Source of the DNA: a virus | Lineage: Duplodnaviria; Heunggongvirae; Uroviricota; Caudoviricetes | Reading direction: 5' to 3' (one strand) | DNA length: 42,664 nt | Virus record (IMG/VR): IMGVR_UViG_3300028832_000111 | Shown: piece after piece, positions 35,206 to 42,664 of the stretch | How the letters are laid out: each line of letters begins with the position of its first letter | Numbering within the stretch: the first letter of the stretch is position 1 | Translations under genes and position numbers: made by a program | The notes under the pieces: model-generated | Seen by the model: only the letters and a program-made list of their open reading frames with translations | What the model was told of the DNA's origin: nothing | Databases searched by the model: none

Positions 35206-37953
35206 ATGCAGGATTCAACATGCTTGACAGCGTTACGTACTAAGGATGGAAAGAACATCTTTAGTCACGATTTTTTACCGCATATTCGGACGATAGCCGA
35301 AACGGACAAGAAAAACAAATATTTCATCGTCCAGGATGGCGCTCAGGAGTTCGGACTCGGTAATGTCGCGGACATCACGGTGTTCGGCGGCAACAGGGGC
35401 GGCGGCAAAGCCAACCCCTACAGCACTATGGTAGCCACACCCTCGGGATTCCGCAGGATGGGCGACCTGGAGGTGGGCGACCTTATATGTACGCCCTACA
35501 ACGGCGTTCAGAAGGTCAGTGAGATATTCGAGCAGGGTGAGCAGACGATATACACGCTACACTTCGATGACGGCACGACACTCAAATGCATGAACAACCA
35601 CCGGTTCTGGGCTCGCGTGGGTGCAGGTGACATATACCATGAGATGACCGCACGTGAGATATTCGACAACTACGTCATAGACCGTCCGTTCCCTATGTCA
35701 CTGCGTAGGGGTAAGACACAGTATGTGGAGATACCGCTCTGTGGCAAGGTGGAGATGAACGAGCAGAAGACCGCCATCGATATGCCTATACATCCGTATC
35801 TGCTCGGCGTTCTTAGCAGCAAGGGGACATGGGAGTTCGGCAAGAAGGGAATCCGCCTCGATGATGACAAGTTCATGCGTGTCAGATACCGCGCTTGGGG
35901 TTATAAGGTCAACCTCAACGCAGAAGACGGCTTCTTCTATATTCGCGGCATCAGCGACGAAAACAGACGCAGGATAACATGCTGCAGACAGGAAGAGCCC
36001 TGTCGCATACCGCATGAGTATAAGACTGCAGCGGTGTCCGTGAGATGGTCATACCTGCTTGGCATCATGGCACGCTCCGGACGTACAAGACATAACTGTC
36101 CGATAATCACACTCCCGAACAAGGATTTCATAGATGATATAGCTGAACTCGCACGCTCGCTGGGTATATGGGCGCGTGTGCATCAGGTAGAGGATGAACC
36201 CAATTACCTCGGATGGTGGCGCGTCACCATGAAGGCGCCGAACGACAAGGAACTGTTCAGGAAAGGCAGCGGAGCGGACCGGACTGTCAGGGTCAACGCC
36301 GAATGTCCGACCAACCCGCAATGCACCAACATGCTGTCCAAGAAAATCCAGTACATAACGAAGGATCATACCAAGCAGCAGTGCCGTTGCATCACCGTCA
36401 CCGGACGTGACCACCTGTATCTGACCGATGCATACACCATCAACCACAATACCGTGACAATGCTCATGGAACCGATGTATGACATCAAGAACAAGCACTT
36501 TAATGGTTACATCTTCAGAAGGAACAAGGATGACTTCGATAATATCATCAACGAAAGCCAGCGTTGGTTCTCCGGACTCGGACGATACAACAAGTCCAAG
36601 GATGATATGACCTGGAACTTCCGTTCCGGAGCCAAGCTGGGACTGACCATTTACGACATGCCGATGGCGGACTTCGACAGAAAGTTCCGTGGACAGCAGT
36701 TCGCGTATATCGGTATCGACGAGCTGCCGCAGATGCCGTTCGAGATGTTCAAGTTCCTGATGACCTGTAACCGTAACACCGTCGGTGTCCATTCTCGTAT
36801 CCTCGGCACCTGCAACCCCGACCCTCTGTCATGGCTGCGTAAGTTCGTGGACTGGTGGATAGGCAAGGAGGATACCGTCTATCTCGACGGTAAGAAACAC
36901 CCGGAACGCAAAGGGTTCGCCATACCGGAGCGTGACGGCGTGCTGCGTTACTGCTACATGCCGGATGATAGCGTGGATAACATCATCTGGGGTGACACAC
37001 CCGAAGAGGTATATGAGCAGTGTAAGGAGATGATTGATGACGCATGGGACCCCGAGTGGGAGCAGTACGGCTACACCAAGACCTCCTTCTTCGTCAAATC
37101 GGTCACTTTCGTCAAGGCTAACCTCAAGGACAACAAGGCGCTGCTCAAGAACGACCCGGGTTATATAGCATCACTGCTCAACCAACCTCCTGAAATCAGG
37201 GCCCGTGAGTTCGACGGTAACTGGGACATCATCAAGATGGGTGATGACATGATACAGCCGTTCCATCTCGATTCCTGCTTCAAGAACTCACAGATGGTAG
37301 GTGACAAGATACGTCGCGCCACCTGTGACGTAGCAGGTGACGGCGGTGACAACTGCGTCACATGGCTGTGGATAGGATGGCATGTCGCCGATGTCTTCGT
37401 ATGCCGTCGTGACCCCTTCACCACCGCATCCATGCTGAAAGAGAAACTGCGTGAGTGGGGTGTGCTGGAGGAGAACTTCGCCTATGACCTCAACGGAATG
37501 GGACAGGTGCTCAAAGGTGCGTTCCCGCGTGCCGTACCGTTCAACAACCAGGAGGCTGTGTCCGTCAAGGACAAGCATCTCTATGACAACAAGAAGTCAC
37601 AGTGCGCTTACAAGTTCGCGGAGCGCACACAGCAGTCCGGATGGAGCATCGAGCCGACACTGCTGCAGCGCAAATACAAGATAGGAAAGGAGATCAAGAC
37701 ATTATATGCCATCCTGCAGCTTGAACGTAAATGCGTCAAGCAGGATATGTCAAAAGCCGATAAGGGATGGTGTCTTATTCACAAGGAACAGATGAAGAAC
37801 AAAGCCGTCGTAGGTCACTCACCGGACTTCTTCGAGGCTCTGTTTATGCGTGAGATTTTCGACATCAAGCATACGCAGGCTACCGTACCCAACTGGCTCC
37901 AGAAAGGAAACCGGGTAAGGACAGTGCGTAAGCTGTCACCACACTATAATTAA
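35206..37953 (+). CDS. terL: terminase large subunit with intein (915-aa precursor, ~568 aa spliced)
   Basis: Walker A GGNRGGGK|T, Walker B YIGIDE, TCNP coupling motif, nuclease CDVA...D and SPD motifs. ATG at 35206 preferred over GTG at 35161. Confidence 0.95.
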   Translation: MQDSTCLTALRTKDGKNIFSHDFLPHIRTIAETDKKNKYFIVQDGAQEFGLGNVADITVFGGNRGGGKANPYSTMVATPSGFRRMGDLEVGDLICTPYNGVQKVSEIFEQGEQTIYTLHFDDGTTLKCMNNHRFWARVGAGDIYHEMTAREIFDNYVIDRPFPMSLRRGKTQYVEIPLCGKVEMNEQKTAIDMPIHPYLLGVLSSKGTWEFGKKGIRLDDDKFMRVRYRAWGYKVNLNAEDGFFYIRGISDENRRRITCCRQEEPCRIPHEYKTAAVSVRWSYLLGIMARSGRTRHNCPIITLPNKDFIDDIAELARSLGIWARVHQVEDEPNYLGWWRVTMKAPNDKELFRKGSGADRTVRVNAECPTNPQCTNMLSKKIQYITKDHTKQQCRCITVTGRDHLYLTDAYTINHNTVTMLMEPMYDIKNKHFNGYIFRRNKDDFDNIINESQRWFSGLGRYNKSKDDMTWNFRSGAKLGLTIYDMPMADFDRKFRGQQFAYIGIDELPQMPFEMFKFLMTCNRNTVGVHSRILGTCNPDPLSWLRKFVDWWIGKEDTVYLDGKKHPERKGFAIPERDGVLRYCYMPDDSVDNIIWGDTPEEVYEQCKEMIDDAWDPEWEQYGYTKTSFFVKSVTFVKANLKDNKALLKNDPGYIASLLNQPPEIRAREFDGNWDIIKMGDDMIQPFHLDSCFKNSQMVGDKIRRATCDVAGDGGDNCVTWLWIGWHVADVFVCRRDPFTTASMLKEKLREWGVLEENFAYDLNGMGQVLKGAFPRAVPFNNQEAVSVKDKHLYDNKKSQCAYKFAERTQQSGWSIEPTLLQRKYKIGKEIKTLYAILQLERKCVKQDMSKADKGWCLIHKEQMKNKAVVGHSPDFFEALFMREIFDIKHTQATVPNWLQKGNRVRTVRKLSPHYN
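35410..36450 (+). mobile_element. 347-aa intein (Ala1, class-3-like) with degenerate LAGLIDADG endonuclease
   Basis: Begins ANPYST after the Walker A Lys; block B CMNNHRFW; block F CRCITV; ends INHN followed by Thr+1. Removal restores GGGKT. Confidence 0.93.
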
Positions 37954-37964
37954 CATCAACAGAT

Positions 37965-39722
37965 ATGGCAGACAACATCATCGAGACCAAGAAACAACTG
38001 AGAGACCTTCTGACAAAGAAGCCTTTCACTCGTATCCTTCCCGACGGTCATTATGACCACGGGTATGTTTGGAACGAAGCGTCGGAGATTCCGCTGACAC
38101 ATGACATCCTCAGACGTAAGATTATCACACAGGAGGATTTCTTGCGTGAGCTGGATCCTGCAGGACACATCATCAACGACAGGGAGCTCTACCCTGACGT
38201 ATGGCAGCAGAACGAGGAGGACGGACGCTGGTATATCCAGGAGATACCACGTTACGCCTTCGCATACCAGCAGATCATACTCGTCAAGCACCTCACACAC
38301 CTGTGCGGTAATGACGTGCAGTTCGAGCTGTCGGATACCACCGTGACCGAAGAGAGCCGTAACGTCTTCAACGCCTTCCGTAACGGATGGGCGAACAAGA
38401 ACATGGAGGTGGCATGGTATCAGCTGGCCAAGTCCGTCAAGGCGACCGGTGACGGCGCGTTCGTGGGCTTCATGGATAACGGTAAGTTCGGATGGAAGGT
38501 GCTGAGCTTCCTCAACGGCGACCGTCTGTTTCCGCATTATGACATGCGTACCGGCAAAATCAACACCCTGGCACGTACCTACTGCAACTACTCGGAAGAC
38601 GGCAGCGTCACCAAGCGTTACATCGACGTATGGGACAACACCTACTACTACCGGTTCGTGGCTGACGGCGACCCTTCCAATATCTTCGATAAGGCGAAGC
38701 AACTCATACTGAAGATATTCTCCACCGACGGCTATAAGCTGGAGTACATAGAACCGCATGGTTTCAACGGTATCCCGGTCGCTTACAAGCGTGATGACAA
38801 CGGTCCGTGCTGGACATTCTCAGAGGAGTCCATCGAGAACTATGAGGTAGCCTTCTCCAACCTCGCCCACAGCAACCATGACTTCGGTCTGCCTATCATG
38901 TATGTCAAGGGCGAGGGTTCGGAGGAGATCACCACCAAGGATATGTCATACGCATCGAAGATAATGCTGCTTCCTGAAGACGGTGAGATTGGATTCCTCA
39001 ACCGCCAGGATGCCTCCAACGCCTACAAAGCCGAGCTGGATAAGGTGGAGGATGCCATATACAAGCAGTCCTTCGCCGTCAAGACTCCTGAGCTCAAGTC
39101 CGGTGACACTCCGGGTGTGGCATTGAAGATCATGTACTCCGACGCCTATGAGAAGGCTATGAATGACGCACAGGAGTATGACGGCGTGGTGGATGACATG
39201 GTTCAGATATTCACATGGGGTTACGGCATCGAGGCTGAGATGAGGCTGTCGTTTATGAAAACCAACATACGTCATTACCTTGAGCCTTACATCCATGTCA
39301 ACAACACCGAGCTGACCAATAACCTCAACACATCCGTGGTAGGTAAGTTCCTGTCACGACAGACGGCATCCGAGAAGAGCCCGTATGCTACACCGAACGA
39401 ATGGGAGCGTATCTGCAACGAGGAGCATGAGGCTATGATGAACCAGCTGCTCCTTGAAGAGCAACGTCTGGAGATTCAGAACGACGCTAACATAGACATG
39501 CAGCGTGAGCTCAGTGAGATTGAGACCAACCAGCAAATTGAGGTCGCCAAAGCTGAGAACAGGATTGAGCAGGGACAGGAGGAGAAAGGTAAGGTCTCAA
39601 AGAAGACCAAAGGCTCGGTAGCCACAGGTCGCGGACAGGGAAGACCCAACCGTCTGAATACCGACAAGTGGGGTAATCGTCCGAACGAGAACAACTGGAA
39701 CCGGTGGAACGCAACACACTAA
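37965..39722 (+). CDS. portal protein, 585 aa
   Basis: Directly after terL; size; helical with coiled-coil C-terminus; SGDTPGVALK segment like SPP1-type portals. Confidence 0.85.
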   Translation: MADNIIETKKQLRDLLTKKPFTRILPDGHYDHGYVWNEASEIPLTHDILRRKIITQEDFLRELDPAGHIINDRELYPDVWQQNEEDGRWYIQEIPRYAFAYQQIILVKHLTHLCGNDVQFELSDTTVTEESRNVFNAFRNGWANKNMEVAWYQLAKSVKATGDGAFVGFMDNGKFGWKVLSFLNGDRLFPHYDMRTGKINTLARTYCNYSEDGSVTKRYIDVWDNTYYYRFVADGDPSNIFDKAKQLILKIFSTDGYKLEYIEPHGFNGIPVAYKRDDNGPCWTFSEESIENYEVAFSNLAHSNHDFGLPIMYVKGEGSEEITTKDMSYASKIMLLPEDGEIGFLNRQDASNAYKAELDKVEDAIYKQSFAVKTPELKSGDTPGVALKIMYSDAYEKAMNDAQEYDGVVDDMVQIFTWGYGIEAEMRLSFMKTNIRHYLEPYIHVNNTELTNNLNTSVVGKFLSRQTASEKSPYATPNEWERICNEEHEAMMNQLLLEEQRLEIQNDANIDMQRELSEIETNQQIEVAKAENRIEQGQEEKGKVSKKTKGSVATGRGQGRPNRLNTDKWGNRPNENNWNRWNATH

Positions 39723-39725
39723 TTC

Positions 39726-40610
39726 ATGGCCAGCACCATCAGGATAAAGATTGACGGCACACGCTACCGTTTACCGAAGGAGGATGACATCCGTTCTGCC
39801 AAGGATTTCATACTCCGTCGTAACGAGATGGCGCGTGCCCTCGCGTCACGTGTTGACGATATCCTCGATGACATGGCTGAACGTATCGTCACCATCTGTT
39901 ACCGTTATGACGTGGACCCCGAGACCTTCACCATCAGCTACCAGTACAACGAGGACATGATGAGTGAGATATCGGAGGTCATGGATGATGTCGAAGAGAG
40001 GATACTGAATCTCATCAACGAGTATTCGACACGTGTGACCGATGACAAGGACCGTATAGCACGGCTGCTCGCATGGATGGCTGTACTCGGACGTGGTAAC
40101 AAGAACCTGCGTGACACCCTCGACGGCTACCTGTATAAGACGATGAAGGACTTTGAAGCCGCTATCGCCGCGCTCCGGGCCGTGAAGGTCACGATGGCAC
40201 AGGCGGTCATCAGACTCAAGATGTACAAACATGCCATATATGTCATGCCGGAGGTGCTGGCGGCGTTCAAGCATAACCGTGACTTCGCCGCTCAGTATAT
40301 ACAGAGCCTCGGCGTGCAGCACGGCGCGGTCGGCATATCCAACAACGGCTCGACCAACGTCACCAACATGGCGAAGACAACGCTGCAGATGGCATGGATG
40401 AAGTCTCTCGGCATGGATTACGAGAAAGACGGTGCAGTGGGCTATTACGTGCTGCGCGGCTCGACCTATCCGTGTGCGAAATGTGACTCGATGGTGGGCT
40501 TCCATGACATCAAGGACAAGGAGGGATTCCCCATGTATCATGCCAACTGCTGCTGTTACGCAATCCCAATCTTCCTTCTCGATGAGAATACAATAGATAA
40601 TCCGCAATAG
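39726..40610 (+). CDS. MuF / SPP1-gp7-like minor head protein, 294 aa
   Basis: C-terminal CAKC...PMYHANCCC matches the C..C...P.HPNCRC pattern; follows the portal gene. Confidence 0.8.
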   Translation: MASTIRIKIDGTRYRLPKEDDIRSAKDFILRRNEMARALASRVDDILDDMAERIVTICYRYDVDPETFTISYQYNEDMMSEISEVMDDVEERILNLINEYSTRVTDDKDRIARLLAWMAVLGRGNKNLRDTLDGYLYKTMKDFEAAIAALRAVKVTMAQAVIRLKMYKHAIYVMPEVLAAFKHNRDFAAQYIQSLGVQHGAVGISNNGSTNVTNMAKTTLQMAWMKSLGMDYEKDGAVGYYVLRGSTYPCAKCDSMVGFHDIKDKEGFPMYHANCCCYAIPIFLLDENTIDNPQ

Positions 40611-40636
40611 CATCATAGTAATGAAATTAAAAATCA

Positions 40637-40668
40637 GAAAGGCGGTCTCTGTGAAGAGATCGCCTTTC
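40637..40668. terminator. hairpin terminator between convergent genes
   Basis: GAAAGGCGGTCTCT-GTGA-AGAGATCGCCTTTC: 14-bp stem with a GNRA loop. Confidence 0.75.
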
Positions 40669-40688
40669 GCCTTCTTATGAGCCGTCGG

Positions 40689-41282
40689 TTACAGCGTATG
40701 TGCCTTACGTGCCGCATCGACAACGACATGTGCGTTACGCATCACATGCATCATCTCATCCGGTCTGAGCTCTTTCTTACCCTCCTGTTTCAAGAAGTCG
40801 TTATAAGCCGACAGGAGCGGACACTGGTTGCATTTGAGGGGAAGGACGAAGTTGATGTAATCGGTCTCGTCCTCCGACCCCTGCTCGTTCTTGGTCTTTA
40901 TCTCGTGATAGCGTGCGAACAGGTCTGCGCGTTCCTTGGAGCCGACCGGCTGCTGCTTGGCTGAGCGCAGCACCTCCTTCAGCACCTCCTCTGTGTCTGC
41001 CAGCTCCACCTCGTCAAGCAGTATGGGAGCGGCCGTACCGTCCTTGATACGTGCGCGGCGGGTGTCAAGCAGCTTGCGGAACTTGGCGGTCTCGATGATA
41101 CCGGTGATGACCGTCTTCTTCTTCTGTTCGGACAGCAAGGCGTTCTCCGGATAGGCGAGGGTATGCGCGTCATCCTCGGTATAACCCAGAGCCATCAGAT
41201 CCGCCATGATGAGATACTGCAATGGCACACCCAATTTATTCGCTTCGTTCTGCTTGGTCTTCGAGAGTTCCATAGCTATCAC
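40689..41282 (-). CDS. possible terminase small subunit, 197 aa
   Basis: N-terminal HTH-like G.T..DA...AY and an EEVLKEVL helix resemble TerS; C-terminal CNQCP. Confidence 0.45.
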   Translation of the reverse strand: MIAMELSKTKQNEANKLGVPLQYLIMADLMALGYTEDDAHTLAYPENALLSEQKKKTVITGIIETAKFRKLLDTRRARIKDGTAAPILLDEVELADTEEVLKEVLRSAKQQPVGSKERADLFARYHEIKTKNEQGSEDETDYINFVLPLKCNQCPLLSAYNDFLKQEGKKELRPDEMMHVMRNAHVVVDAARKAHTL

Positions 41283-41896
41283 TCGCTTTTCTCACCCTCC
41301 TCGGCTTTTGCCAGCTCCTCACGCATGGCATCGGCCTTGGCGTCACGCTCCAGTTCCTTATCGCTGAGCTCCTTCTCCTTGAGATGACGCTCATACTCCA
41401 CACGCCAGTCAAGGAACCGTTTGATGAGGTCTTTGGCTTCCTTATCGAAATCCTTACGCTGCTTCTTGTCGGACAGCAGTGACGGATGGGCGTAGGCGGT
41501 GGCTATCATCTTAAGAGCCTGGTGGTAGAATCCGTTGCAAATCGTCGAGCAGAATATCATGTTCGACAAAGCGGTGGAGAGAAAACTCACACCACGCTCA
41601 CGGTCCTCGGGGTTGTGGCTCTGACTCCACTGATAGCAGCAGGTGATCATGCCGAACATCTCATAGGTCTGCGGTATGCGTACCATCCATGTGCCGTCAA
41701 GGTTACTGATATTGATAGCCTCGATGTCCCCTTTCAGCTTCTTGGGTCGCGCCTTGCCTTCCTTTATCATCTCCTTCTGCTCGTCGGAGAGCTGAGGCAT
41801 GAACTGCTGCTCCACACGTGAACGCCATATCTTGAAGTTACCGATACGTGCGGCCTTGCCGAACGGTATCTTAATTGTCAACTCTTCTTTCTCCAT
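41279..41896 (-). CDS. hypothetical protein, 205 aa
   Basis: ORF track; 4-nt overlap with the next gene. Confidence 0.7.
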   Translation of the reverse strand: MEKEELTIKIPFGKAARIGNFKIWRSRVEQQFMPQLSDEQKEMIKEGKARPKKLKGDIEAINISNLDGTWMVRIPQTYEMFGMITCCYQWSQSHNPEDRERGVSFLSTALSNMIFCSTICNGFYHQALKMIATAYAHPSLLSDKKQRKDFDKEAKDLIKRFLDWRVEYERHLKEKELSDKELERDAKADAMREELAKAEEGEKSE

Positions 41897-41908
41897 ATCA
41901 CATTGTTA

Positions 41909-42664
41909 TTAGTCTTTCCATAAATCAGAATGTTCATCCAGCCACTCGTCGGGGCTCTTGTCAAGCCAGCTCCCGTGGTCGAAGTGCAGGATATAGTCGT
42001 TGATCTGCAGGTCGTGGACCGGCAGACCGTGGTTGTTGCAGTCCTCATAGAACCAGGCACCGGTATCATAGGCTTTATTCGGTTCACGGTCGGTGAGGGC
42101 GTACATCTTGTCACCGTTGAAGTAACGTATGCCGTTCTTACGTATCATCGGCACGTTGAGGTAGCAGATGTAAGGCAGCACACGCGGCACGGTGATACCC
42201 CAGCGGCTCGTATGATTACCCACCAGACCCGTCCAGACACATGAGGCGTCGAAGAACGGCGTTATGTCCTTCTTCACCAGGACGTCACTGTCCATGAGAA
42301 GAAATCCCTCGGGGAAGAGGTCAAGACAAATGTCCACCGTCCTGCAGTGCTTCGCAGAACCGTAGTTACTGCCGACCCACGTCTCAACCACACGGTCCGG
42401 ATACTCCTGCAGCATCTTCTCGAAGTCTATATGCTGACACTTGGTGTTGTCAATCACCTCGACGTTACCGAAGGTGTTGACGAACGGCTCTTTGTTGCTG
42501 TTGTCGAACACATACACCTTACATCCCGGAGTATGCCTGTTGAGAGACATTATCGTCGCATCCGTGAGCTTCTGCGTGTTGTAGTTGACGATAACGACGT
42601 TACGGTTCTTAGCTGCCTTGAACGGCGGCATACCGCTTATACGGCCGAAGATGTCCTCCTTCTC
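41909..42664 (-). CDS. GT-A/GT2-like glycosyltransferase domain (5' end outside the window)
   Basis: VVIVNYNT, VFDNS and LMDSDV (DxD) motifs. The frame stays open to base 42664 (EKEDIFGRISG-MPPF), so the track's Met at 42631 is probably internal. Confidence 0.8.
   Translation of the reverse strand, partial: EKEDIFGRISGMPPFKAAKNRNVVIVNYNTQKLTDATIMSLNRHTPGCKVYVFDNSNKEPFVNTFGNVEVIDNTKCQHIDFEKMLQEYPDRVVETWVGSNYGSAKHCRTVDICLDLFPEGFLLMDSDVLVKKDITPFFDASCVWTGLVGNHTSRWGITVPRVLPYICYLNVPMIRKNGIRYFNGDKMYALTDREPNKAYDTGAWFYEDCNNHGLPVHDLQINDYILHFDHGSWLDKSPDEWLDEHSDLWKD

Noticed and set aside
35140-40640. Packaging cassette as a recombinase-invertible segment
   Set aside because: No flanking inverted repeats were found, only an 8-bp AT-rich direct match (AATGAAAT), and no invertase is in view.
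1-42664. Stop-codon reassignment as seen in some gut phages
   Set aside because: Genes of 1262-2422 codons are uninterrupted in the standard code and coding density is high.
1-42664. tRNA/rRNA genes, integrase, endolysin, prohead protease
   Set aside because: No supporting motifs were seen in this window; they may lie elsewhere in the genome.

Overview
This window is the morphogenesis half of a long-tailed (siphovirus-like) phage or prophage. The host is probably in Bacteroidota, inferred from TAnnTTTG promoters, AT-rich start contexts without Shine-Dalgarno motifs and a Bacteroidetes-type lipoprotein. Most genes run on the minus strand: scaffold, decoration protein, major capsid, head-tail connectors, tail tube, a Stealth-family phosphotransferase, tail assembly chaperone with a -1 frameshift, tape measure, distal tail, hub, tail proteins, a complete diversity-generating retroelement (DGR), a 1554-aa fibre, a holin-like gene and small accessory genes. 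Terminase large subunit (with an Ala-start intein in its Walker A motif), portal and a MuF-like gene form a plus-strand cassette. The DGR is unambiguous: TR 10765-10873 and VR 11098-11206 differ at 13 of 109 positions, all at TR adenines. Four observations look least explained. (1) The DGR has no avd gene, but its RT carries a fused ~142-aa C-terminal domain. (2) A bipartite motif (GATTACCAA-N45-50-ATCTYTACA) lies in front of the head operon, the tail operon and the DGR template RNA, suggesting the DGR is under phage late control. (3) Glycan-building enzymes (Stealth and a GT-A domain) sit inside or beside the virion genes. (4) An intergenic region holds a candidate kissing-loop RNA next to a helically phased TTGCAA array. 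Protein family names come from motif recognition only; no database searches or folding programs were run.
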